64,000 nucleotides of DNA from Candidatus Multivoradales bacterium (GTDB taxonomy: Bacteria > Acidobacteriota > Thermoanaerobaculia > Multivoradales > J023). A program made the position numbers and the translations under genes. This document shows, piece after piece, positions 10,919 to 21,598 of this stretch (the stretch's first letter is position 1; each line of letters opens with the position of its first letter). The notes beneath the pieces were generated by a model, which worked only from the letters and a program-made list of their open reading frames with translations, did not search any database and was not told the DNA's origin. The stretch covers positions 3,264,001 to 3,328,000 of the forward strand of contig CBDFLE010000006.1 of assembly GCA_965248925.1 (NCBI GenBank), in the 5' to 3' direction.

Positions 10919-11746
10919 ATGCGGCTCGGCCCTTTGAAGATTCGCTGGTCAGGCGACGTAGTTGCCGAGCCATCGGTCGAGCCCGCCCCCGCCGCTGCCG
11001 GCACCTTGATCTTTCAATGCAACATCTGCGGCACTGAGCAGCATTGCCGGCTCGGGGAGTTGCGCCGCGACCAGGCCTCGTGCTCGGTCTGCGCTTCGAC
11101 CGGTCGTTGGCGGGCGGTGGTCGACACCCTGACCCGTGAGCTATTCGGACAATCGATCAACCTGCCGGAGCTGCCCTCGCGACCCGACCTGCGCGGCCTC
11201 GGCATCGGCGACTGGCCGGGCTATGCCGAGGTTCTGGCGGCCAAGACCGACTACCGCAACACCTTCTTCGAACGGCAACCGCGGCTCGACATTCACCAGG
11301 TCGACGAAAAGCTCTTCCGGCACTTCGACTATCTGGTGTCGAGCGATGTCTTCGAACACGTCGACCCGCCGATCGAGGCAGCCTTCGCCAACGCCTGCCG
11401 GCTGCTACGCCCGGGCGGGGTCTTCGTGCTCACCGTGCCCTACGGACTCGTCGGTCCGACCCTAGAGCACTTTCCCGACCTTCACGACTACTGCCTGGTC
11501 GAGCGCGCCGGCCGCCAAGTGCTCGAGAATCGCACTCGCCAGGGTGAGCTCCAGATCTTTGAAGAGTTGGTTTTCCACGGTGGCTACGGCAACACTTTGG
11601 AGCTGCGCTGCTTCAGCTTGCCGGCGTTGCGCCAGCAGCTCCTGGAGGTTGGCTTCAGCGAAGTCCAGGTCTACGACCGGCCGGTTTTCGAGCACGGCAT
11701 CTACTGGCCGGAAGGCATGTCGCATCCCTTGGTTGCGCGGCGCTAG
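10919..11746 (+). CDS. Class I SAM-dependent methyltransferase-like protein with N-terminal Cys pairs
   Basis: CNIC...CSVC; FDYLVSSDVFEHV; RLLRPGGVFVLTVP. Start uncertain. Confidence 0.75.
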   Translation: MRLGPLKIRWSGDVVAEPSVEPAPAAAGTLIFQCNICGTEQHCRLGELRRDQASCSVCASTGRWRAVVDTLTRELFGQSINLPELPSRPDLRGLGIGDWPGYAEVLAAKTDYRNTFFERQPRLDIHQVDEKLFRHFDYLVSSDVFEHVDPPIEAAFANACRLLRPGGVFVLTVPYGLVGPTLEHFPDLHDYCLVERAGRQVLENRTRQGELQIFEELVFHGGYGNTLELRCFSLPALRQQLLEVGFSEVQVYDRPVFEHGIYWPEGMSHPLVARR

Positions 11747-12477
11747 GTAAGTGTGACGAGGTGTTTCGTAGCGCTTCTTCCGCCCGCCGCTTTCTCCGCC
11801 GCGGCCGGCGGTCCGATCATCAACACAAACTCACCTTTCAGTGATGGGCGCTTTTCGAGGGTCGCTCGCAGCTCACTCAGGCTGGCGCGTAGCACTTCTT
11901 CGTGCAGCTTGGTGAGTTCGCGGGCCACGGCCGCTGGGCGGTCGCCGAAAATGGCCTCGGCGTCGCTCAGGCTGGCGAGCAGGCGGTGGGGTGATTCGTA
12001 AAACACCAAGGTGTGCGGTAGATCGGCGTAGCGAGCATAGAAGCGCTGCCGCTTGCCGCTCTTGGGTGGCGGAAAACCGGCGAAGGTGAAGGCATGGGTC
12101 GGCAAGCCTGAGACCACCAAGGCGGCAAGCAAGGCCGAGGGCCCCGGAATGGGCTCGATGCGGCAGCCGAGTTCGATGGCGGTCTGCACCAGCGGATAGC
12201 CGGGGTCTGAGAGCAGTGGCGTGCCAGCATCACTGAGCAGGGCTATCGTCGAGCCTTGCTCCAACAGACTCCTCAGCTGTGGCAGGCGGCGGCGTTCGTT
12301 GTGCTCGTGCAACGAAACCAGGCGTTGGCGGATACCCAAGTGGGCCAGCAGCCGGCCGCTGTGGCGAGTGTCTTCGCAGGCCACCAAGTCGGCCTGCTTC
12401 AGGGCCTCTTGGGCACGGGGTGAGATGTCGTCGAGATTGCCGATCGGCGAGCTGACGATTAGGAGCTTTCCAGGCAT
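11743..12477 (-). CDS. rsmI: 16S rRNA (cytidine1402-2'-O)-methyltransferase
   Basis: SPIGNLDDIS, ACEDTR, SDAGTPLLSDPG, FYESPHR, ARELTKLHEE, KGEFV. Confidence 0.95.
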   Translation of the reverse strand: MPGKLLIVSSPIGNLDDISPRAQEALKQADLVACEDTRHSGRLLAHLGIRQRLVSLHEHNERRRLPQLRSLLEQGSTIALLSDAGTPLLSDPGYPLVQTAIELGCRIEPIPGPSALLAALVVSGLPTHAFTFAGFPPPKSGKRQRFYARYADLPHTLVFYESPHRLLASLSDAEAIFGDRPAAVARELTKLHEEVLRASLSELRATLEKRPSLKGEFVLMIGPPAAAEKAAGGRSATKHLVTLT

Positions 12478-12509
12478 GGGCGGAGAGGCGGCGATGCTAG
12501 CATGCAAGG

Positions 12510-13217
12510 GTGCGGTGGTTCACACTCATGGTTCTCTCAAGCGCCCTCTGGGTCGGTCTGCCATTGCCTCAGGTGGCTGCTGAGCTAACGCTTCGCGACC
12601 GTATCGTGGCAGTGGTCGATGAAGACCCGATCTACCTTTCGGACATCGAACGGACGCTCAGTCTGAGACTTTTCACAGAGATCGGTGACGAGACACCGCG
12701 CCAGCGTCGCCGCCGGGTTCTCGATTGGCTGATCGAGGTTCGCCTGCGCCAGCACCGGGTCGATCGCTACCGCCTCTCGCCCCTGCCGCCGGAGCGGGTC
12801 GAGCGTTTTTTCGAGCAGCTCAGAAGCGGTTTCGACAGCCCCGAGTCCTTCGCTCTTGCCGTCGAGGAAGGTGGTTTGGACGAGCAAGCGGTGCGGCAGA
12901 TTCTGCTCGGCCTGTTGCGGGTAGAGCAGTACATCGATGAACGGCTGCTGCCGCGGATCTTTGTCGACCTCGACGATATCCGGGCCTACTACGATGGCGA
13001 GCTGACCGCCGAACTCGCTCAGCGTGGTCTCGAGCCAGAGCCGATCGAGGAGGTACGTGAGCGGATTCGTGATCTGCTGCGTGACAAGCGGCTCAACGCC
13101 GAGATCGACGATTGGACTGAGGAGCTGCGTCAAGCGGCGGATATCGAAGACTTTTTTGATCGCCGCTTGGGTGACGATCTGCCGCCGGTCCTGCGCCGGC
13201 TAGAGTCGCCGCGCTGA
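12510..13217 (+). CDS. SurA/PrsA N-terminal-domain-like exported chaperone (no parvulin domain)
   Basis: Signal peptide, DRIVAVVDEDPIYLSDI, EEVRERIR..L, W.EELRQAADI. Confidence 0.7.
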   Translation: MRWFTLMVLSSALWVGLPLPQVAAELTLRDRIVAVVDEDPIYLSDIERTLSLRLFTEIGDETPRQRRRRVLDWLIEVRLRQHRVDRYRLSPLPPERVERFFEQLRSGFDSPESFALAVEEGGLDEQAVRQILLGLLRVEQYIDERLLPRIFVDLDDIRAYYDGELTAELAQRGLEPEPIEEVRERIRDLLRDKRLNAEIDDWTEELRQAADIEDFFDRRLGDDLPPVLRRLESPR

Positions 13218-13238
13218 GCGCCTAGATTTCGGCGGCGA
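13202..13238 (+). repeat. Left copy of 37-bp direct repeat (att-like / target duplication)
   Basis: AGAGTCGCCGCGCTGAGCGCCTAGATTT-C-GGCGGCGA; matches 21583..21619 with one mismatch. Confidence 0.92.
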
Positions 13239-13569
13239 AAGTCTGCCGCCTGAGCACGAGGCCTGAACGGCCTGCGGCGGGGATGCTCCGCCGTCTTCGG
13301 CTGTACCGCTTTTGCGCTCGCCTGTAGCCCCTGCCTCGTACTTGAAGACTCTCCTCAAGCACCTCCGCCGCTCACCACTGGTTGGGTACCGCGGGCTCGG
13401 CAACCAGCGAAGCCTCTCTTGCCGCGATAATCGACGGCGTAGGCGGGCATTGGCGGCAATCACGTCCGTGAGTGACCTGCTGCATGGGAGATCTAAGTGA
13501 ACGACAGGAAGGACATGAAAGACCGCTCGGCGCTGAACTATGGGGCGTTTATCATCCCAGAAGGATAGT

Positions 13570-14894
13570 TCACAGGGATGGGCGGAGACCGAGATGCCGC
13601 CCATCCACAACTTTGGCTCGGATCGAGTCCAACATCTTGAGGGTCATCTTGCCGGACACTGACGCCAGCTGGAGTCGCTTGAGTGCCTCGGCCGTCGCCC
13701 GGTTGGAATCGAGAGAGTCGACGAGGGGGATCGTCTGAGCTGCGGCCCGCACCGCTTGTTCCGTCTTCCCGTCCGTTAGCAGCGTTTCGACTCTATTCAG
13801 AACCAAAAACGCTGAGTCGAATGGGTTGATAGGCGCCAGGATATCGGCACCCTTCTCAAAAAAGGCGGCTGCTTCGGCTCTTTCACCCTTTGCAAGCCAC
13901 CAGCTTCCAATCGCTCCATTGAGCATGCCCATAGAGTACAAGTCTCCGGCCGGCAAGTTCAAAGACACGGTTGTTAGCGCGGACCACGCTTCGTCGATTA
14001 GCCCCTTCTTGATGTAAGCTTTCGCCAACGCGAGATTTGCTGAGGCAGTCAAACGCTTGGGATGAGATCGAAGGCGTGGCAAGACTGACAAGAGCAGCGC
14101 GAGGCCAGAGTCATATTCCTCCGCAAAGAGCATGCCTATTGCTTCGGCGAGATCGAGCCTTGAGTACGCTGAAGCTGGAAGTTCTAGAGATCTCACAGCG
14201 GAGAGGGTCCTTGAGACACTCCCAGACTCATCACAAGTCATCAGCAGGTATATTGATCGGATAGTCAAATCCAACCGTGTCTCGATCTGGAAATCCCTGA
14301 GCACCGAGAAAGCCAACAGTAATGACCGCGCTGCAATGTGCGGTGAGGCGCCAATGCGGCAGCAGGAGCTGAGTACCCCGGTCGCCCGAGAGAAGACTTC
14401 AAGAGCGCCCGGCCCCTGCAGGGTGGGTGCTACATGCAGTGGGCCACTGCCAATGCCTGTCGGGCTGCTGGCCAGGGCTTGCTGTGCCGCAACTCATCGG
14501 CCTCTTTGATCACGCTTAGATGACCAGTGACCGACTCAGCAAAGCCGGTGTCCCCAGGCCGGCTCACTAACCTGTGGGCAACCCCTTTCAAGTCTGAGAT
14601 TTCCGGCGGATCCGACATGCCAGGTGGCAGCAATGCTTCGAGGTAGCCCTCCACGCCTCCGCCCGCGCACCTATTGGCCAGCTCGCTGAAGCTCAGATTG
14701 ATGGTGCCAAGAATCTCCAGTAGTTGCTTGAACGAGGGGTTCATCTTGCCAGCTAGTAGCTTTGGCAAATAGGACCGCGAAACTCCCATTCTGTGCCCAA
14801 GTTCGCGCACGCTGAGCGGATGTCTCCGGATGTGCGCTCTCAGCGCGTCGAGAACTCGTAGATACTCTTCGTTGGCGCGGTTTCCCATGATCAT
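13570..14894 (-). pseudogene. XRE-family HTH + TPR regulator split by a frameshift near 14440
   Basis: 14430..14894 has an XRE HTH (LSVRELGHRMGVSRSYLPKLLAG.MNPSF). An alternative frame (HVAPTLQG...LLLAFSVLRD) is open across the gap into TPR-like 13570..14316. Confidence 0.7.
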
Positions 14895-15179
14895 CCCTTC
14901 CCAGATGGATAGTTAACCGCACCAGAGTAACTGAAAAAGCCGCTAAATCTCTCTATCTGACCATTTTTCCCGCGCTTTTCTAAAGACTGTCCCCTGTGAG
15001 TCTACTGCTGACCGCAAAAAGTATGACTGAGAGTAGACACTTGACCCTCTCAGGGTATGCCCCAGAGACTTGACGGTATAGCAGGCGGGTACCCAGTGCA
15101 CCGTCAGGGCAAGATTCGCGATTATTGGTCAATTTCACCCACCCTGCCCTAGGCTTCTCCCACCCCAAGTGGAGCCCCG

Positions 15180-15361
15180 ATGACCGACGACCAAATCCAA
15201 GCCGCCTTGAGCCCCCTACGCGGCTGGCGATCACCCCGCGAATCGTCATCGTTGGCCGGCGGCTCAGCGTCCAGATCGGGCCACGACCCCCGGCCAGCCT
15301 GACCCAGCGACATTTCGAATATGCCCACTCCCTCGACCTCCCATGCGGATCCGGCGGATAA
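15180..15361 (+). pseudogene. Degenerate pterin-4a-carbinolamine dehydratase-fold gene relic
   Basis: GGAG RBS, MTDDQIQAALSPLRGW, then in another frame RLAITPRIVIVGRRLSVQIGPRPPASLTQRHFEYAHSLD, which aligns by eye with the C-half of 15463..15774. Confidence 0.45.
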
Positions 15362-15387
15362 ACCCTAAGGCCGCCGGAGCCTTCCCA

Positions 15388-15429
15388 CCTCCGGGCCGGG
15401 CCTCTCTCCCGGCCCGGAGGCTCTTTTTT
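15388..15429 (+). terminator. Intrinsic terminator-like hairpin
   Basis: 13-bp perfect stem CCTCCGGGCCGGG / CCCGGCCCGGAGG, 7-nt loop, followed by CTCTTTTTT. Confidence 0.75.
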
Positions 15430-15462
15430 CACCAGGTCAAGACACTCACCAGGAGAACAGCA

Positions 15463-15774
15463 ATGAAACCAGAACGCATCCAACTCGGCTTAAAGGGCCT
15501 GGTCCGCTGGCGTCAACCCAGTACCGCGGACCAGGTCATCAGCCGCCAGATCGGCCTCGCCAACTTCACCAGCGCCAGCGACCTGCTGCGCAAGAGCCTA
15601 GTGCTGGCCAAGAGGCTGGAGATGCCGCTCGATCTGCACCTCCAAGGCAGCACCTTGAAAGTGCGCCTGCCCTGTGCTCCCGAAACCGAACTCACCGAGC
15701 GCCACCTCTCCCTGGCCCGCGCCATCGAGAGCCTCGCCGCCGAGGTAGAGCAGCGGGCACCCCGCCATGGATAG
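15463..15774 (+). CDS. Pterin-4a-carbinolamine dehydratase (PCD/DCoH)-fold protein lacking the catalytic HHP motif
   Basis: AGGAGA RBS. Pattern ERIQ..L..L..W...ISR...ANF.SA...LA.....L.L....LKV.L......LT.....LA.AIE matches PCD spacing. Confidence 0.55.
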   Translation: MKPERIQLGLKGLVRWRQPSTADQVISRQIGLANFTSASDLLRKSLVLAKRLEMPLDLHLQGSTLKVRLPCAPETELTERHLSLARAIESLAAEVEQRAPRHG

Positions 15775-16186
15775 CGGGACAGAGCAGCTAGACGACCTTG
15801 AGCTGCGCGCGCTGTTGCGCCAGGTCGCCTCTCAAGTCACCGGTGCCTCCCTGCGCTTGGAGCATTCCTGGATCGTGGCGCGGGCCAAGCTCCAAGTGAC
15901 CCCCAGGACCTCCACCGGAGACCTTGCCGGCAGCTTCCTGGCGAGCCTCAACCGCTGCTACCTGGAGCCCGCATCCGCCATTCTCTGGTTCGTCGACAAA
16001 GTTCTCGACTCGGGCCGTGGTGGTCAGCGGCAAGCCGAGCAGTTTCTGCGCACCCTGGCCGAGCGACACCCCATCCCAAGGCACGGGCAGCGCCGCTGCG
16101 AAGCCATGGACCAGCTGGCCAACACCCTCACGCAATGTGCCCTCGAAACAGCTCTGGTCGCCAGCCAAGTCAATGACCGCCGGTGA
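15767..16186 (+). CDS. Hypothetical protein
   Basis: Overlaps stop of upstream ORF; no family recognised. Confidence 0.5.
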   Translation: MDSGTEQLDDLELRALLRQVASQVTGASLRLEHSWIVARAKLQVTPRTSTGDLAGSFLASLNRCYLEPASAILWFVDKVLDSGRGGQRQAEQFLRTLAERHPIPRHGQRRCEAMDQLANTLTQCALETALVASQVNDRR

Positions 16187-16280
16187 GATTTTTCGACGCC
16201 CGTTGTAACGAAGCCATCCCATTTACGCCTATAGATACTGAAGCGACCGAAACCCGTGTCCGCGAAAGGAGCAAACCCCA

Positions 16281-16514
16281 ATGCCGAGCCATCACCTCCC
16301 TCTTGCCCTACCGGTTCTTCTACTCACCGCCCTGCTCACCCTGCCATCCCCAACCCAGGCTCTCGACCTGACCTTCGACAGTCACGCGGCCACCGCCGCC
16401 GGCCTGGCGGCCGACACCCCGGTGGCCGATATCGAGTGCTGGTGGCTATGGGCTGCACCCTCGATCGCGAGGCGTTCACAAGCGCGCACGAAAACACAAC
16501 CCGCTGAACCCTAA
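16281..16514 (+). CDS. Small exported hypothetical protein (possibly truncated)
   Basis: AAGGAG RBS; signal-peptide-like LPLALPVLLLTALLTLPSPTQA. Confidence 0.5.
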   Translation: MPSHHLPLALPVLLLTALLTLPSPTQALDLTFDSHAATAAGLAADTPVADIECWWLWAAPSIARRSQARTKTQPAEP

Positions 16515-16655
16515 GGAGGAAACATGAAATGCGCTGACCAGCCTTAGGCGCTCCTTGTAAGTCCGTAGAAAAGCAAGCCGAGATCTGCTAGCGTTTCCCT
16601 CGCTATCTGATTTCGCGCTAGATGGACCGCGATAAACTCCCAATTGGAGGCATGA

Positions 16656-17297
16656 ATGATGAAAGTACTCCCTACCCTGGCCGCGATCCTCGGCCTTCTC
16701 TTCTCCACGATCGCCGCCGCGCAGCAAGTCGCCGGTGAGCTTCCAGATCTTTCGTACAAGTACGATAAGCAAGAAATCCCCAAGCATATTCTTCTGCATC
16801 AGTTCCTTTTCACTCTTCCAGCTTACTTCGAGCAAAAGGAAACATCTGATCTTTTGCTACAGAAGATCAATCTAGAAGATCCCCGAGCGGCTTCGATTCT
16901 CCGCGCCGCAGCCGACAGATATCTAGACATCGTAACCGGCGGTCACCCATTGATCGTGCGTGACATCCAAGAGGATGATGGCTCAACATCGGTCTTGAAA
17001 TATGGTGATTCCAGCGCACCCAAGCCTGTTGAGTTGGCCGGATTGGAGGGAGCCGCCTTGACGCAAGCCAGTCACGAACTCGAGCTAGACCGGGTGCGAC
17101 ACCTGGCTGAGATCTATGCAAGTCTGGCTCAGGATCTAAGGACCATCGGTCTTGACACTCGTGGGATTGATACCTACCTCGACAAAGAACTGCGGCCTAA
17201 TACTACCATGGTCAGCGACAAGCCTTTTCGCGAGGGCAGCTCGGCGTGGGAAATCGCTCAGACATTCGAACTTCATCTAGCGACCCAAGAGCGCTGA
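16656..17297 (+). CDS. Secreted hypothetical protein
   Basis: GGGAG RBS; signal peptide ending AAA/QQ. Confidence 0.7.
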   Translation: MMKVLPTLAAILGLLFSTIAAAQQVAGELPDLSYKYDKQEIPKHILLHQFLFTLPAYFEQKETSDLLLQKINLEDPRAASILRAAADRYLDIVTGGHPLIVRDIQEDDGSTSVLKYGDSSAPKPVELAGLEGAALTQASHELELDRVRHLAEIYASLAQDLRTIGLDTRGIDTYLDKELRPNTTMVSDKPFREGSSAWEIAQTFELHLATQER

Positions 17298-17313
17298 GAA
17301 AAGGAGAACATCG

Positions 17314-17733
17314 ATGCATAAATTCCTTCTCATTTCTTTGTTGGTTCTTGCTCTCCCGACTGCCTCTCATTCCATCAGTATTGTTGTCACTGCCCATGCA
17401 GTAGCACCAACCTGCTCCATTGCCGTGAGAGTACAGTTCATCTACAGTGTATTCATCTCAGACGCTGACCCAGTGACATGGGAAAACGAGAGAATTAGGT
17501 GGCAGACCACTCACGACCTGTTCTACTGTGTCCCGCACGTAACCAGAAATATTAGCTTCTGTTGTGTAGGTGGTGGCAACAGTTCGTACCTGAACAACTC
17601 CCACGAGAACGTTCCATGCCCGGTTCGGGCCAGCTGCGAAACATTTGCGACGATTGGAGGTGGGCTGTTGCCGATCATCTCGGACTCTGATTTCAGCAGC
17701 TGCAGAGAACCGTGTTTGGATCCATTTTTCTGA
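17314..17733 (+). CDS. Secreted Cys-rich (8 Cys) hypothetical protein
   Basis: AAGGAG RBS; signal peptide; 8 Cys in mature part. Confidence 0.7.
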   Translation: MHKFLLISLLVLALPTASHSISIVVTAHAVAPTCSIAVRVQFIYSVFISDADPVTWENERIRWQTTHDLFYCVPHVTRNISFCCVGGGNSSYLNNSHENVPCPVRASCETFATIGGGLLPIISDSDFSSCREPCLDPFF

Positions 17734-17800
17734 TTCTCTAGCAGACGCGACGCAAGCGGTCGGGCACTTCTTGCTCGGCCGCTGCCCCCGCCAGATGCGA

Positions 17801-17977
17801 TACCCACGATGTGCGGGTGACCTAGGTAGGCGACCGGCGGGTGGTGCGCCGGGGAAGGGTGGGCACCTCGGTGGCTGGCAACGGCAGCGTCAACCAAAGC
17901 CAGTTTGACACCGAGGAGATCTACGATGGCTACGGCCGGCTGGTGGGGGTAGCCGAGCCCACCGGTGGCCTGGTGGC
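17801..17977 (+). repeat. Degenerate copy of RHS-internal segment 19451..19627
   Basis: Ungapped alignment at offset 1650, 19 mismatches in 177 nt by manual count; in-frame TAC->TAG at 17823. Confidence 0.9.
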
Positions 17978-20900
17978 CTGGGCATACGAGGACTACAAGT
18001 TCTACACCAACGGTGAACCGCTGAGCGGTCCGGGGCGTCCGCGGCTGGAGCTTCAGCTCTCCTCAGGGGTCAGCTCGCGGCGCCTGATCAACACCGATGG
18101 TGGCGAGTTGGGCAAGTGGACCTACACCCAGGTGGTGACCTCGGAGAGTGGCAACCCGCCGGTCGAGTCGATCACCACGGTCCGGGCACCCTCGGGTCAG
18201 CGGACGATCCACTTTTTCTCGACCTATCAGGGGGGCACCACCACGGTCGCCACCGCCAACGAACTCGATCTGGGGCTGCCCTTCACGCCGAAGAACCCGG
18301 TGGGTGAGCGGCGCCTGTCGCAGCGGGTACTCTCTGCCGGCGGCACCGACCTGCGCCGGGTCGAGGTCGGCTATCAGCGCGATGCCGCCGCGCCGCTGGG
18401 TGAGGTGCAGATCCGTGGTCAGCTCAACCCCGCGGCGCGCGATCGTAATCAGAGAATGTTCGTCACCCGCACGATCTACAAGGACGACGGCAACCGGTAC
18501 GCCGAGGACCGCATGTCGGGCTATGACGGCGTCGGCCACTATCGGCGCACGGTGCGCAAGGACAATTTCGACGGGGTGAAGACGCGCAATCAGTTCACCC
18601 GCTACCATCCCGGCGGCATGCCCAACACCGGCCAAGCGTGGATCCTCGGCACCTACACTTACCAGACCACCGTCGACACCGGCGGCGCCACCTTGCGCCG
18701 TGACACCTGCTTCGATTCCGCGACTGGCTTTTTGAAAGTGGAGCGGCTGCGCCAGGCCAACCCCTCGCCAAGTTCGGACGACGTGGTGCGCGCGATGACC
18801 TACGTCCGCGATGCCGCGAGGAAGATCGAAACCGTGGTCGAGCGCCATTTCGGCGGAGATACGGGCGCCGTGGCGGCGCCCGGCGACGTCTGCGCGCTGA
18901 ATCCGGCGCACAACACCAGCCACGTTGCCCTGGAGCACAAGTGGCAGTACGGCTCGGGCCGCTCAAGCCAATACTTGAAACTCGATGGCAGCCGCTTCCC
19001 CTTCTTCGAAGTGCTCCAGACGGTGGACCGGAACACCGGCCTGATCAGTGCGAGCACCGACCGCGCGGCCTTAGTCACCGCTCTCAAGTACGACTTTCTT
19101 GGCCGGCTAACCGAGTCCAAACCCTCCGCCGGCCACGGCGCCTGGACGCTCTACGCCTACACCAACACCTTCAACTCGGCCGGCCCCAAGGTCGAGATCC
19201 GTCAGATCGACCGCGATACCAGCGCCGCGTTGGCCAAGCGCGAGCTACGTTTCGACGGTATCGGCCGGTTGATCTTGGAGCGCCAGCGCCAGCCCGGCGG
19301 GCTGTGGGCCAACCGGGTGACCGCCTACAGCGGCGAAGGCTGGACCCAGAGCGAATCCGAGTGGTACCGCTCCGCGGGCACCGTCCACCGCACTTATTTC
19401 GATCACGATGCCTTTGGCCGGGTGACCAAGATCGTGCCGCCAGACGGCGCTACTCACGATGTGCGAGTAACCTACCTCGGCGACCGGCGGGTGGAGCGCC
19501 GGGGAAGGGTGGGCACTTCAGTAGCTGGCAACGGCAGCGTCAACCAAAGCCAGTTTGCCACCGAAGAGATCTACGATGGCTACGGCCGCCTGGTGCGGGT
19601 ATCCGAGCCCGCGGGCGGCCTGCTGGCGACCTACTTCTACGACTCCGGCGATCGGTTGAAACAGGCTAATCTGAAGGGCGGAAGTACCACCCAGATTCGC
19701 ACCTTCGAGTACGATGGTCGAGGCTTTCTCCTCTCCGAGAATCACCCCGAGGCACAGCAGATCAACTACAGCAACTACGATTCTCGCGGCAAGGCCCGCC
19801 GCCGGGTGCAGGCCGGCGTCGACCTGTCCTACACCTACGATCGGGCCGAGCGCCTGACCTTGGTGCGCGAAGGTTCGGCTGGCAATAGGGTGCTCAAAGA
19901 GCTGACCTACGCCACCACCAACGTGGGCAGCAACCGACGCCGCGGCAAGCTAGAGCGGGCGGTGCGCCACAACTACGTCTTCAGTCCCCTCCTCCCCGGC
20001 AAAGTGCTCGACGCGACCGTCACCGAGACCTACACCTACAAAGGCCGCGACGGCCGGGTCTCGGCCCGCCGCACCCGCGCCGAGGTCAACGGTACGCTGG
20101 TGACCGACTTCAACCAATCGTGGACTTTCGACGGCCTCGGCCAGGTGACCCAGCTGGGCTACCCGCGCTGCTCCGGCATCACCAACTGCCCCAATGTGGC
20201 AGCGCCCTCGCCCAACCGCAGCTTCACCCACGCCCAAGGCTACCTGGTGGCGGTGCCGGGCTACGCCAGTTCGCTGACCTACCATCCAAGCGGTATGATC
20301 GCCAACGTCGTGCATAGCAATGGCCTCACCGATGTTTGGGACGAAGATCTAGGCCGGCCCCGGCCGAGCCGGATCAGTGTCACCGGCACGGTAGCCGCCA
20401 GCTTGGGTGACCATAGTAATGACGGATCCGGAAACCTGGTCCGCCGCCGCTTTGCCGGCGTCTTCGACGATCATTACACCTACGACGGCTTGAACCGAAT
20501 CAAGGTCTTTGAAGACTCCGCCGGCGACCAGGGTTATCAATATGATCAGTTCGGCAATCTAACCGGCATCACCGGGGTCAACGGCCGCACCCTGGCCACC
20601 AATCGAGCCACCAACCGGCTCAGCGGCGCGGTGGTCTATCACGGTCGCGGCAACATCCTCGCCTGGGGCTCGCAGCTATACTCCTACGATGCTTTAGGCA
20701 TGATGAACACCCGCAACTATCCCGAAGACACCTACATCTACACCGCCGGCGAAGAGCGCCTGTGGACCTTCCACTGGCAGGGCTCCTTCGAGAGCCTGGT
20801 CGAGACCTGGACCGTCCGCGATCTCGACGCCAAAGTGCTGTCGATCTTCGAGAATCCCAAAGGCACCAATCCCTGGACCTTTCTCAAGGATTACGTCTAT

Positions 20901-21598
20901 CGCGGCGGCCAGCAGCTGGCACCGACACCGACTTGACGAGCCGCCAGTCGCGACAGCACTTCAGCCTCGACCACTTGGGCAGCGCTCGACTGACCACCGA
21001 TCGTAATGGTACGCCGATCTTCAGCCACAACTACTACCCGTATGGCGAGGAAGTTGGTACCGCTTTTGATTCGGAGCAGCTCAGGCTTACTGGCCATGAG
21101 CGGGACTTTGCTGGCGGGACTTATGATCTCGACTACATGCAAGCTCGACATTGCAGTTCGCAGTTGGGGCGGTTCTTGATTGTTGATCCGGCGGCCTCTT
21201 CCAGAAAGGGCATTCCCCAGAGCTGGAATCGGTTTCTCTACGCTCAGAGTAACCCTCTGAACCTAGTTGATCCGGACGGAGGGAGAGTGAAACAACCCAA
21301 AGACAAACGAAGTCAGAGGGCGATTGAGGCGGTCCGATCTACAACTGACGGGGAGGCCGGATTCCAGATCCCGGAGCGCGCCAGTGATATTTACTCTTTC
21401 TCAAGACGAGACTCTGTTATCTCACCAGTTGACCGAATAAGAGCAAGAACTTTCCAGAAAGTTATCCTTAATAAAACAGGTCACTTTTCTCCAGCATACG
21501 AGGTCCAAGATGGGGTCCTTGTTTGGCTATCTGAAGGTGACATGTTTCTCGATTTTGGAGTGGTGGACAGTGCTGATCAAGCAGAGTCGCCGCGCTGA
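17841..21598 (+). pseudogene. RHS/YD-repeat protein with RHS core; 5'-rearranged, frameshifted near 20920, C-terminal tip truncated
   Basis: Many YD repeats (YDGYGRL, YDFLGRL, YDGLNRI, YDQFGNL). Second frame has DHLGSARL, YYPYGE, TGHERD, GRFLIVDP, WNRFLYAQSNPLNLVDPDG. Confidence 0.88.

Noticed and set aside
17801-19627. Diversity-generating retroelement template/variable repeat pair
   Set aside because: Mismatches are not confined to adenines of one copy, and no reverse transcriptase is present.
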